From NCBI GenBank assembly GCA_945828295.1, contig CALZQV010000001.1:1-47952 (forward strand): a stretch of 47,952 nt of DNA, written 5' to 3'. The notes under the pieces are model-generated. The model ran no database searches, was not told the DNA's origin, and worked only from the letters and a program-made list of their open reading frames with translations. The stretch is from an uncultured Prevotellaceae bacterium. Its GTDB lineage: Bacteria; Bacteroidota; Bacteroidia; Bacteroidales; Bacteroidaceae. A program made the position numbers and the translations under genes. Positions 35,415 to 44,128 of this stretch are shown in pieces. Position 1 is the first letter of the stretch. Each line of letters opens with the position of its first letter.

Positions 35415-36638
35415 TTACCTTACGCTCTGGTTCAGATTTCGACGCAGGAAGAACGATTTGGTGGCAAGAAAATACGTCAGGACGCCCGCCGCGTTGACCA
35501 CCACCACCCCCCAGAAGGCCGCGTCGTAGCCCTGGTACTCGGCCACGACGCCTCCGCCCAGCATGCCCAGTCCCATGCCGATGTCCCACGAGATGAGCAG
35601 CGTGCTGTTGGCCGTGCCGCGCTGGTTGTTTGTGGCCACCGAGATGGTCATGTTCTGGAAGGCCGGCCACAGATGGCCATTGCCCAGGCCGATGAGCAGT
35701 GCCGACCCGTAGTAGCCCAGAACGATGGCCCACTGGTGGCTGACGACCGACCAACGGGCAAGCATGGGCATGAGGATGAACAGGATGTAGCCCACGAGCG
35801 AGAAGAGCATGCCGTGGGCGGCGTTGCTGGTGAGCTTGCCCTGGCGCAGGGAACGCGCACCCTGGAGCCGCGACATCATGAGGCCCGCGGCCAGAAGCAT
35901 GAAGTAGGTGCCCGTGCCGCCGGTTATGCCCAGCGACTCCTTGCTGTAGATGGCCAAATAGCTGCTGAGCACACCGAAACTGTAGCCGAAGGCCACCATG
36001 TTGGCTCCCAGGAGCCAGCCACGCAGGAGGAAGAAGCGGTCGAGCGACAAAGGCGCCTTGCTCTTCACAACCTCCCTGTGGGGCAGACGCACCGTGGCGT
36101 CGACCGCCATGCCCAGTACCGCCATCAGCAGGGCAATCCAGAAGAGCAACTCAAAACTGCTCGTAAAGCGATAGATGCTGACGCCCACCGTGGGGGCCAG
36201 CGCCATGGCCAGGTTGTTGGAGAGCCCATAGTAGCCGATGCCCTCGGTGCGGCGCGACGAGGGGAGCACGTCGATGGCCACCGTGCTGTTGGCAACCGTG
36301 AGCGAGCCAAAGGGCCCACCGTGGAGGGTGCGCACGAGGGTGAACATCAGCAGCGTGCCTGCCGTCAGGTAGCCCACGAAGAATACGGTAAACAAAAGGA
36401 AAAACACCATGAGCACACGCTTGCGAGGAAACGAATCGACAAAGAACCCGCTGAAGGGGCGGCAAAGGAGCGCCGTCAGCGAGAAGCCGGAAAGGGCCAT
36501 GCCGATGACATCCTTTGTGGCGCCGAAGTGCTCACTAAGGTAAATGGGAAGCAAGGGGGTGAAAAGGTAGAAGGCGCCGAAAAGCAGGAAGTTGGCCGCC
36601 ATCACCTTGCAATAGTTCGCATTCCAAAGCCTGTCCAT
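35415..36638 (-). CDS. MFS transporter
   Basis: 407 aa with about 12 hydrophobic segments. A -7 box TACCTTTG (plus-strand CAAAGGTA, 36647-36654) lies only 8 nt from the ATG, so the leader is very short. Confidence 0.8.
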   Translation of the reverse strand: MDRLWNANYCKVMAANFLLFGAFYLFTPLLPIYLSEHFGATKDVIGMALSGFSLTALLCRPFSGFFVDSFPRKRVLMVFFLLFTVFFVGYLTAGTLLMFTLVRTLHGGPFGSLTVANSTVAIDVLPSSRRTEGIGYYGLSNNLAMALAPTVGVSIYRFTSSFELLFWIALLMAVLGMAVDATVRLPHREVVKSKAPLSLDRFFLLRGWLLGANMVAFGYSFGVLSSYLAIYSKESLGITGGTGTYFMLLAAGLMMSRLQGARSLRQGKLTSNAAHGMLFSLVGYILFILMPMLARWSVVSHQWAIVLGYYGSALLIGLGNGHLWPAFQNMTISVATNNQRGTANSTLLISWDIGMGLGMLGGGVVAEYQGYDAAFWGVVVVNAAGVLTYFLATKSFFLRRNLNQSVR

Positions 36639-36785
36639 AATGGGCGCAAAGGTACGAATTTTAATCCATAATCCTTTAACTTTTCCACACTTATTCGCGT
36701 CTCCGCCCGCAAGACCTTGGCATCCTGCCCTCGAAAATGTGGAGACACGCTTGACTTTTTGCTCACTTATTCGTAACTTTGCAGT

Positions 36786-38882
36786 ATGACTGCGACCAAT
36801 GCCATGATTAGCGACCCGACGTGGATATTCTTCCTCGTGCTCGTCATTATCCTCCTGGCTCCCATGCTGTTGCGTCGGCTGCGCATTCCTCCCATAATCG
36901 GACTCATGCTGGCCGGCGTGCTCATCGGCCCCTACGGGCTACACGTCATCGAGCGCGACCGCTCGTTCGAAATCTTCGGTCAGGTGGGCATCTACTACAT
37001 CATGTTTCTCGCAGCCCTCGAGCTCGACATGGGCAGCGTGTCGCACTATGGGCGCCGCGGCCTGCAGTTCGGGCTGCTCACCTTCGTCATCCCGTTCGTC
37101 CTTGGCTATCTGGCCGTAGCCCACCTCCTGAACTTCGGGACCGAAACCTCCCTTCTTCTGGCCTGCATCTTCTCCTCCCACACCCTTGTGGCCTACCCCA
37201 TCGTCTCCCGATACGGCATCGGGCGCCACCGCAGCGTGGTCATCAGCGTCGTGGCCACGGCGATTGCCACATTCCTGGCCCTGCTCATGGTGGCCGTGAC
37301 CGTGGGCCGGCTGCAAGACGATGCCGACTGGCACTTCTGGCTGAGCTTCGCCATCAAGTGTGTGCTCTACGGGGCCTTCGTCGTAGCCGTCTTCCCCCGA
37401 CTGGGCCGCTGGTTCCTGCGCCGCTACGACGACAGCGTCATGCAGTACATCTTCATCCTGGGCCTCGTGTTCCTGAGCGCCTCGTTGGCCAAGCTCGTGG
37501 GTCTCGACGGGCTGCTCGGAGCCTTCCTCGCCGGTTTGGTTGTCAACCGCCTCATCCCCCGCACGTCGCCCCTGATGAGCCGCATCGAGTTCGTCGGCAA
37601 CGCGCTCTTCATCCCCTACTTCCTCATCGGCGTGGGCATGATTATTGACATACAGATTCTCTTTAAGGACGTGCGCACCATGGAAATCGTTGCCATCATG
37701 GTTCTCACCGCAACGCTGACCAAATGGCTGGCCGCCGTCGTGATGACCCTGACCTCGCGCGGCGACCGCGACAGTTGCATGCTTATGTTCGGCCTGACCA
37801 ACGCCCACGCCGCCGGTGCACTGGCCATCGTCATGATTGGCACCGACCCCGCCGTCCGGCTCATGGACAGCTCCGTGCTCAACGGTACGGTCATGCTCAT
37901 CCTCTTCTCCTGCATCATCTCCTCGCTGGCCACAAACCACGGGGCGCGCCACCTCGTGCTCAAGGACACGCAATTCGAAGACAACCAGGGTTCGTACCAC
38001 GGCCGATGCCTCGTCACCTATTCCCAGGAGGCCACGGTCGACTTCACCACCCAACTGGCCATGCTTATCCGCAACCCCTACATACCCGAAAGCCTGATAG
38101 GCCTCACCGTATCCTTCGACGACGAGGTTGGCAAGAAACACCAGCAGCAGGCACGCCGCATGCTGCAAAAGGCCCAGGAGATTGCCACGGCGGCAGACGT
38201 GCAAATGGTGACCATGAGCCGCGTGAGCACCAACATCGCCAGCGGCATCCTGCACACCATGGTGGAGAACGACTGCGGCGAGGTCATCGTGAACCTGACC
38301 GACCGTTCGACCGACCTGCCCAAAGCTACGCTGGGAACCATCATCGACAACATACTCGAAGGCAGCCACCGCGAGGTGATGGTGCTGCGCAGCATCGTGC
38401 CCCCGGGCACACTGCGGCGCGTCATCGTCTGCGTGCCACAGAAGGCCGAGTACGAAGTGGGCTTTTATAAATGGCTCGAGCACGTGAGCCGCATCGGCGA
38501 GCAACTCGACTGCCACCTCGACTTCCACGCCCACCCCGACACGCTTCCCTACATCCAGGCCTACATGCGGCAGAAGCATGGCAACCTGCGCTGCGAGTTT
38601 AACGAAATGATGCGCTGGAAACAAATCGAGTCGCTCTCGTCGCTAAGCAACGAGGACAATATGTTCATCTTCGTCACCGCACGCCCCGGCTCCATCTCCT
38701 ACCAGCACCACTTCAGCAACCTTCCCCTGGTTGTCCATCGCTATTTCACGCAGACAAGCGTCATGCTGCTCTACCCCGACCAGTGGGGCGAGCCATCCGA
38801 CACGCACTCCATCTTCCAGCCCAACGGGCAGGCCGTGACGCGCCAGACCAACTGGTTCCAGCGTATCTTCAACAAAAAGTAA
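36786..38882 (+). CDS. Cation:proton antiporter (Na+/H+ exchanger family) with a large cytoplasmic C-terminal domain
   Basis: 698 aa with a polytopic N-terminal two-thirds. The -7 box TAACTTTG at 36774-36781 ends 4 nt before the ATG, so the mRNA is leaderless or the start is at M7 (36804). Confidence 0.8.
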   Translation: MTATNAMISDPTWIFFLVLVIILLAPMLLRRLRIPPIIGLMLAGVLIGPYGLHVIERDRSFEIFGQVGIYYIMFLAALELDMGSVSHYGRRGLQFGLLTFVIPFVLGYLAVAHLLNFGTETSLLLACIFSSHTLVAYPIVSRYGIGRHRSVVISVVATAIATFLALLMVAVTVGRLQDDADWHFWLSFAIKCVLYGAFVVAVFPRLGRWFLRRYDDSVMQYIFILGLVFLSASLAKLVGLDGLLGAFLAGLVVNRLIPRTSPLMSRIEFVGNALFIPYFLIGVGMIIDIQILFKDVRTMEIVAIMVLTATLTKWLAAVVMTLTSRGDRDSCMLMFGLTNAHAAGALAIVMIGTDPAVRLMDSSVLNGTVMLILFSCIISSLATNHGARHLVLKDTQFEDNQGSYHGRCLVTYSQEATVDFTTQLAMLIRNPYIPESLIGLTVSFDDEVGKKHQQQARRMLQKAQEIATAADVQMVTMSRVSTNIASGILHTMVENDCGEVIVNLTDRSTDLPKATLGTIIDNILEGSHREVMVLRSIVPPGTLRRVIVCVPQKAEYEVGFYKWLEHVSRIGEQLDCHLDFHAHPDTLPYIQAYMRQKHGNLRCEFNEMMRWKQIESLSSLSNEDNMFIFVTARPGSISYQHHFSNLPLVVHRYFTQTSVMLLYPDQWGEPSDTHSIFQPNGQAVTRQTNWFQRIFNKK

Positions 38883-38890
38883 CAGGTAAT

Positions 38891-39544
38891 TTATTCTTCA
38901 ACCCTACCGTCGCGCATGTGAATCGTGCGGTCGGTCAGGCGTGCCAGCTCCTCGTCGTGCGTCACGATGACGAACGTCTGGCCAAAGCGCTCGCGCAGGT
39001 CGAAGAAGAGCTGATGCAGTTCGGCCTTGTTCTGACTGTCGAGGCTGCCCGAAGGCTCGTCGGCCATCACCACGGCGGGCTCGTTCATCAGGGCACGAGC
39101 CACGGCTACGCGCTGTTTCTCGCCGCCCGACAGCTCGTTCGGCTTATGGCCGGCACGCTCGCTCAGGCCCATGAAGGCCAGCAGTTCCTCGGCACGGGCG
39201 CGAGCCTCCTTGCGGCCCATGCCGCCGATAAAGCCGGGAATCATCACATTTTCCAGCGCCGTGAACTCTGGCAGCAGCTGATGGAACTGGAACACGAATC
39301 CAATCTTCTGGTTACGGAAACGGCTCAGCTTCGACTGCGACAGGCGGCCGACGTCGACGCCGTCTATCTCTATGCTGCCCGTGTCGGCCTTGTCCAGCGT
39401 GCCCATAATCTGCAGCAGCGTGGTCTTTCCGGCACCGCTGGGCCCGACGATACTTACGATTTCGCCCTTCTCGATGTCGATGTCGATGCCCTTCAATACC
39501 TGAAGCGCGCCAAAACTCTTGGTGATGTTGCGTAACTTTATCAT
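38891..39544 (-). CDS. ABC transporter ATP-binding protein (LolD/FtsE-like), no adjacent permease gene
   Basis: Walker [10 protein letters not shown], signature LSGGEKQR and Walker [10 protein letters not shown]. Confidence 0.85.
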   Translation of the reverse strand: MIKLRNITKSFGALQVLKGIDIDIEKGEIVSIVGPSGAGKTTLLQIMGTLDKADTGSIEIDGVDVGRLSQSKLSRFRNQKIGFVFQFHQLLPEFTALENVMIPGFIGGMGRKEARARAEELLAFMGLSERAGHKPNELSGGEKQRVAVARALMNEPAVVMADEPSGSLDSQNKAELHQLFFDLRERFGQTFVIVTHDEELARLTDRTIHMRDGRVEE

Positions 39545-39551
39545 GGTCTTC

Positions 39552-40403
39552 TTATGGATTGTCGGTTAAGCGTATGCCGTCACTGCCGATGACAATGAGG
39601 CGACGCTTGTAGAGGTCGCCCACGGCCTTCTTGAATACTTTCTTGCTCACGCCAAACACAGCGTAGATTTCCTCGGCAGGGCTCTTGTCGCCCAGCACCG
39701 TGCGCCCGCCGTTGGTCCGCAGGTGTTCGAGCAGGACGTCGCTAAAGTCCGTGGCTGCCTTCTGGCCCACGGGCTGCAGCATGAGGTCGATTTTACCGTC
39801 GTCGCGCACCTGCCGTATGTAGGCCGTAAGGCGGTCGCCGGAGTGCAGCTCGCGATAGATTTGCTGGTCGTAGAGCAGTCCGCCAAAGCGGTTGTCGACG
39901 ATGGCCTTAAAGCCGAGGTCGGTCTTCTGCCAGATGAGTATCTCCACGGCGTCGCCCGTGCGGTAGGGAGGGATGTCGCGACTGAGGTATCGCTCCACCT
40001 TGGCCGAGGCCATGATGCGATGGCTCTCTTCGTCGAGATGGACGTGCACGAGATAGCGGCTGCCCTTCTGCATCTTCATCTTCTGCTCGCGGAAGGGCAC
40101 GAAGAGGTCTTTCATGAGGCCCCAGTCGAGGAATGCGCCGAAGTTGTTCACCCACGCCACCTCGAGCCAGGCGAAGTCGCCCACCTGGGCCAGCGGCCGT
40201 TGCGTCGTGGCCACCATCCGTTCCTCCTGGTCGAGGTAGACGAAGACGTCGATGTCGTCGCCGACTTTCGTACCCTCGGGAACGTATCTGGCAGGCAGCA
40301 GTATGTTTCCGTCGACCTGTCCCCCGTCGAGGTACAGGCCAAAGTCGACCCGCTTCACCACGGTGAGGCGGTTCATTCTGCCCAGTTCCAGGTTGTCTTT
40401 CAT
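39552..40403 (-). CDS. S1-like RNA-binding protein (CvfB/YitL family)
   Basis: 283 aa with repeated S1-like segments and a C-terminal winged-helix-like tail. The family call is from memory. Confidence 0.7.
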   Translation of the reverse strand: MKDNLELGRMNRLTVVKRVDFGLYLDGGQVDGNILLPARYVPEGTKVGDDIDVFVYLDQEERMVATTQRPLAQVGDFAWLEVAWVNNFGAFLDWGLMKDLFVPFREQKMKMQKGSRYLVHVHLDEESHRIMASAKVERYLSRDIPPYRTGDAVEILIWQKTDLGFKAIVDNRFGGLLYDQQIYRELHSGDRLTAYIRQVRDDGKIDLMLQPVGQKAATDFSDVLLEHLRTNGGRTVLGDKSPAEEIYAVFGVSKKVFKKAVGDLYKRRLIVIGSDGIRLTDNP

Positions 40404-40438
40404 ATCGCCCTTGGTCTTGTGTCGTTTTCCTTATCACC

Positions 40439-40474
40439 AAAAAAGGCATCCGGAGCGTTTGCTCTTGATGCCTT
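40439..40474 (-). terminator. Rho-independent terminator after rplS
   Basis: On the minus strand, AAGGCATC...GATGCCTT with an inner GAGC/GCTC pairing, followed by TTTTTT. Confidence 0.65.
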
Positions 40475-40503
40475 TCTCAGTCATGTTCCGAAACGCTCGC
40501 TTT

Positions 40504-40869
40504 TTACTCAGCCGTCATGGCGGCGCGCTTTTCAGCGATGCGAGCCTTCTTACCGGTGAGGTTGCGCAGGTAGTACAGCTTGGCGCGACGTACCTTACCT
40601 ACCTTGTTCACGGTAATGCTGTCGATGTTGGGGCTTTCGATGGGGAAGATACGCTCAACGCCAACGGTTCCCGACATCTTGCGGACAGTGAAGCGACGCT
40701 TGTCACCGTGGCCGCTAATCTTGATGCAAACGCCACGATAGAGCTGGATGCGCTCCTTGTTGCCCTCGATGATTTTGTAAGCTACGGTAACCGTGTCACC
40801 AGCCTTGAACTCGGGGTGCTGCTTACCGGTAGCAAATGCTTCCTCAGCAATTTTAATTAAATCTGCCAT
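40504..40869 (-). CDS. rplS: 50S ribosomal protein L19
   Basis: 121 aa. FKAGDTVTV...[10 protein letters not shown]...RRFTVRK...GVERIFP is unmistakably L19. Confidence 0.95.
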   Translation of the reverse strand: MADLIKIAEEAFATGKQHPEFKAGDTVTVAYKIIEGNKERIQLYRGVCIKISGHGDKRRFTVRKMSGTVGVERIFPIESPNIDSITVNKVGKVRRAKLYYLRNLTGKKARIAEKRAAMTAE

Positions 40870-40960
40870 TGTTTTGGTTATTTAAATTGTTGTACATCTC
40901 AACCCGAGGCATAACAGGGAACTCTGCATCCTGCCAGCGACCTTGGGCGGAAAGCGGGGA

Positions 40961-40968
40961 CAAAGGTA
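40961..40968 (-). promoter_or_regulatory. -7 box TACCTTTG for rplS
   Basis: The reverse complement of CAAAGGTA. It implies a leader of roughly 85 nt. Confidence 0.5.
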
Positions 40969-41031
40969 CGGAAATAAATTAAAACTGAAAAATTAAAGCT
41001 TAAAAAATAATACATCATCTCTCATTTTTTG

Positions 41032-41039
41032 TAAATTTG
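41032..41039 (+). promoter_or_regulatory. -7 box TAAATTTG for the 5'-nucleotidase pair
   Basis: Matches TAnnTTTG, 8 nt upstream of the ATG at 41047. Confidence 0.5.
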
Positions 41040-41046
41040 CAGCATT

Positions 41047-41772
41047 ATGAAAAGCAAAGCTCTCTTATTACTGCTCTTCGTGCCCGTGTATTGTGTGGCA
41101 CAGAAGCAAATCATTACCGAACGCATCGAAGTTACAAACCGCCTGGACGCCCAGCCCGACCGCGAGGCCATGACCATCATGGAAAGATACAAGCCTGCGG
41201 TGGACAGCGTGATGGCTCCCGTGCTGGGCGAGAGCCTGGTGGGCATGACGGCCGGAAGGCCCGAAAGCCTGCTCTCGAACTGGGCAGCCGACGTGATGGT
41301 TGAGTACAGCGACTTCCTCGACGGCAAGCGCGCCGACCTGGGGCTCGTTAACGTGGGCGGCCTCAGGAACAACATGCCACAGGGCACCGTGCGCAGGGGC
41401 AACATCATCCTCATCTCGCCCTTCGACAACCGCCTGGCCATCGTGCAGCTGAAGGGCAGCGACCTCACAGCCCTCATGCAAGACATTGCCGCCGTTCACG
41501 GCGAGGGCGTGAGCCACGAGGTGCGCATGACCATCACCAGCGACGGCAAGCTGCTCGACGCCACCATCAGCGGCCAACCCATCGACCCCGAGCGCACGTA
41601 CCGCATCGCCACGCTCGACTATCTGACCGAGGGCAACGACAAGCTCTACTCCCTGAAGAAGGCCATCCGCGTGGATGTGAGCGACCTGTTCACCCGCGAC
41701 TGCATGATGAAATACGTCCGGGAGCACTCGCCCATCACGTCGAAGATAGAAGGGCGAATCATGGTGAAATAG
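41047..41772 (+). CDS. 5'-nucleotidase C-terminal (substrate-binding) domain protein, secreted
   Basis: Signal peptide MKSKALLLLLFVPVYCVAQ. 5_nucleotid_C-like segments GGLRNNMPQG, ISPFDNRLAIVQLKG and LDYLTEGNDK. Confidence 0.8.
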   Translation: MKSKALLLLLFVPVYCVAQKQIITERIEVTNRLDAQPDREAMTIMERYKPAVDSVMAPVLGESLVGMTAGRPESLLSNWAADVMVEYSDFLDGKRADLGLVNVGGLRNNMPQGTVRRGNIILISPFDNRLAIVQLKGSDLTALMQDIAAVHGEGVSHEVRMTITSDGKLLDATISGQPIDPERTYRIATLDYLTEGNDKLYSLKKAIRVDVSDLFTRDCMMKYVREHSPITSKIEGRIMVK

Positions 41773-41834
41773 TTGAAAGTTAAGAGTTAAGAGTTAAGAG
41801 TTAAGAGTTAAAAGTTAAGAATTAAGAGTTAAGA
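41773..41834 (+). repeat. Heptamer tandem array (AGTTAAG)n, about 9 units
   Basis: Starts right after the TAG stop (41770-41772) and ends 8 nt before the next ATG. TAA/TGA triplets occur in all three frames. Confidence 0.9.
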
Positions 41835-41842
41835 CACGTCAT

Positions 41843-42676
41843 ATGAAGCGCACGATACTATCCCTCATTTTCTCATTTTCCTATTTCCTCGTTTTCTCCC
41901 TCTCGGCACAGACGCTGACCCTGGTGCACACCAGCGACACACACTCGTGCATCGAGCCCATCTCGCCCCACGACATCAAGCCCAAACAGGCCGACAAGGG
42001 GGGATTCATACGCCGCGTGACGCTCATCAAGGAACTGCGTCAGGAGCACCCCAACATGCTGCTGCTGGACTGTGGCGACTTCTCGCAGGGCAGCGTCTAC
42101 TACAGCCTGTTCAAGGGCGAAGTGGAGGTTGAGCTGATGAACCTCATGGGCTACGACGCCGCCACCATAGGCAACCACGAGTTCGACTGCGGCATGGAGA
42201 ACATGGCCCGCCTGTTCCGCATGGCCCGCTTCCCCATCGTTTGCGCCAACTACGACTTCACGGGCACCGTGTGCGAGGGACTGGTGAAGCCTTATATTAT
42301 AAAGGAATGCGCAGGCATGCGCGTGGGCATCTTCGGCCTGGCCCCACAGCTGGAGGGCCTCGTCTCGGCTGCCAACTGCCAGGGCGTCGTCTACCACCAC
42401 CCCACGGCCGTGGCCCAGCAGATGGTCGACAAGCTGCGCAACGAGGAGAAGTGCGACTTCGTCGTCTGCCTCTCCCACCTGGGCTACGGCACGGCCGACG
42501 ACCAAGACCCGGCCGTCATTCGCGGCACGCGGGGCATCGACGTCGTTCTGGGCGGCCACAGCCACTCCTATTTTGAATACACGAAATACCTTCCCAACGC
42601 CGACGGCCGCGAGATTCCCCTCGACCATCAGGGCAAGAACGCCCGGTTCGTGGGCGTGCTCCAGTTCCAGTGGTAA
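41843..42676 (+). CDS. Metallophosphoesterase (5'-nucleotidase/UshA N-terminal catalytic domain), secreted
   Basis: Signal peptide, then motifs HTSDTHS, CGDFSQGS, GNHEFD and GGHSH. Confidence 0.85.
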   Translation: MKRTILSLIFSFSYFLVFSLSAQTLTLVHTSDTHSCIEPISPHDIKPKQADKGGFIRRVTLIKELRQEHPNMLLLDCGDFSQGSVYYSLFKGEVEVELMNLMGYDAATIGNHEFDCGMENMARLFRMARFPIVCANYDFTGTVCEGLVKPYIIKECAGMRVGIFGLAPQLEGLVSAANCQGVVYHHPTAVAQQMVDKLRNEEKCDFVVCLSHLGYGTADDQDPAVIRGTRGIDVVLGGHSHSYFEYTKYLPNADGREIPLDHQGKNARFVGVLQFQW

Positions 42677-42698
42677 AGGGTTGGGGCGAGACTCCCGG

Positions 42699-43451
42699 CT
42701 ACTCGAAGTAGAGGGTGAGGGTAATCATTTTGGAATGTGCACCATCGAGCGAGTTGGTGTACTTCATGAGCGTACCGTCGATGAGGTCGGTGCGCTTCTT
42801 TTTTAGGATGTCGAGCAGTCCGAAGGAGAACTTTAGCTCGGGGTTCAGCTTGAAGAAGGGGAGGTAGATGTCGCAGCCCATGCCCACCTCGATGAAGCAG
42901 TCGAAGGGCTTGGTGCTGAGGGCGCGGTGCTTGTGGCTCGTGAGGTCGATGGCCGGGGAGGCGCCGGCTATGAAGTAGGGGCGGAAGTTGTTGTAGCGCG
43001 GGGCTGCAAACTTCACGTCGAGCGGCATGAGCAGGTAGGCACTCTTGAGCACCTGGGTGGTGTCGCGGCCCGACGTCTGCTCGTGGAACCAGATGCGGCG
43101 CTGGCCGAAGCCCATGGCGGGGGTGAGGCGCAGGGAGAAGTGCTTATTCAGCCGCAGTTCGCCCAGCATGCCCACGGTGAAGCCCGGGCTGTAGGTGTCG
43201 ACGTCAGTGTACCACTGCTCACCCGTCGTAGGGTCGATGAACCCGTTGTTCTTCACCTCCATGTCCTGAATCTGCATGCCGAAGAGGAAGCCCCAGTGGA
43301 GGCGGCGGTTGTCGAGGTAGGGCCGGTGCTGAATCTTGCGGGCCTGGGCGTGGGCTTCGCCAATTGAGAATTGAAAATTGAGCATTGAAAAGCGGGTCGC
43401 GCCAACGAGCACAACCACAAGAAGCCACAATCGCCTTTTCGCATTCTTCAT
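42699..43451 (-). CDS. PorT/SprT-family outer-membrane beta-barrel protein (T9SS-associated)
   Basis: About 250 aa with a signal peptide. LDNRRLHWGFLFG-type N-terminal motif, alternating beta-strand pattern and C-terminal LTLYFE. The family call is from memory. Confidence 0.55.
   Translation of the reverse strand: MKNAKRRLWLLVVVLVGATRFSMLNFQFSIGEAHAQARKIQHRPYLDNRRLHWGFLFGMQIQDMEVKNNGFIDPTTGEQWYTDVDTYSPGFTVGMLGELRLNKHFSLRLTPAMGFGQRRIWFHEQTSGRDTTQVLKSAYLLMPLDVKFAAPRYNNFRPYFIAGASPAIDLTSHKHRALSTKPFDCFIEVGMGCDIYLPFFKLNPELKFSFGLLDILKKKRTDLIDGTLMKYTNSLDGAHSKMITLTLYFE
43362..43389 (+). repeat. Heptad array (NAATTGA x4) inside the signal-peptide coding region of the PorT-like gene
   Basis: Units are AATTGAG, AATTGAA, AATTGAG and CATTGAA. 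Read on the minus strand they encode FSMLNFQFSI. Confidence 0.75.
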
Positions 43452-43602
43452 CCCAATCTTCGGCAAAAGCCCTTGGCCACGAGCCAACGGCTACATGAAA
43501 AAAAAACGTCGCACGGGCGCCTTTTATTGCCCGAATCACTATTTTTGGTTACCTAAAGTGAAAAAAACAGCTGAAAATTAGGCGTGAATCATCAAAATTG
43601 AT

Positions 43603-43610
43603 TACCTTTG
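43603..43610 (+). promoter_or_regulatory. -7 box TACCTTTG for the ferredoxin gene
   Basis: Matches TAnnTTTG, 45 nt upstream of the ATG at 43656. Confidence 0.5.
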
Positions 43611-43655
43611 CCTCGGTCAAACAATAAAACACATAAACTCTTAAACACTTATATT

Positions 43656-43820
43656 ATGGCTTACGTAATCAGTAACGACTGTGTTGCCTGTGGCACATGT
43701 ATCGACGAATGCCCCGTTGGCGCAATCTCTGAGGGCGACATCTACAGCATCAACCCCGACGAGTGCACCGAGTGCGGCACCTGCGCTGACGCTTGCCCCT
43801 CTGGCGCAATCAGCCTCTAA
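43656..43820 (+). CDS. fdx: 2x[4Fe-4S] clostridial-type ferredoxin
   Basis: 54 aa with CVACGTCIDECP and CTECGTCADACP motifs. The start was moved from the TTG at 43608. Confidence 0.9.
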   Translation: MAYVISNDCVACGTCIDECPVGAISEGDIYSINPDECTECGTCADACPSGAISL

Positions 43821-43844
43821 ATTTCAGACACAGAAGAACCCAAA

Positions 43845-43881
43845 GCGGCTCGTCCCTCACCGGACGGGCCGCTTACTTTTT
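43845..43881 (+). terminator. Rho-independent terminator after the ferredoxin gene
   Basis: Stem GCGGCTCGTCC / GGACGGGCCGC, loop CTCACC, then TTACTTTTT. Confidence 0.75.
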
Positions 43882-43928
43882 CCCGCCGCCCCCTCGCCCC
43901 ACGCCCGCCCAAGCACTGCCGTCCCTCT

Positions 43929-44128
43929 GACAAAGCATCGCCGCCCCATCAACAATGCATCGACGAGCCTCCGACAAAGCATCGACGAGCCTTCATCAAT
44001 GCATCGACGCCGCCCCGACAATACGTCGCCCCTCTTGTCCCACCCCTGTCGGACAAGCCAAACAATGCATCGACGGCGCCTCGACAATGCGTCGCCCCTC
44101 TTGTCCCACCCTTGTCGGACAAGCCGAG
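43929..44128. repeat. 22-nt phased degenerate tandem array, including two ~66-bp near-identical copies
   Basis: GCATCG at 43935, 43957, 43979, 44001 and 44067. Related NNRTCG cores fall at the intervening 22-nt steps. The 66-bp copies are 43997-44062 and 44063-44128, each with a CTTGTCC...GGACAAG hairpin. Confidence 0.8.

Noticed and set aside
43929-44128. Possible CRISPR array.
   Set aside because: The units are degenerate and contiguous with 22-nt phasing. There are no unique spacers and no cas genes in the window.
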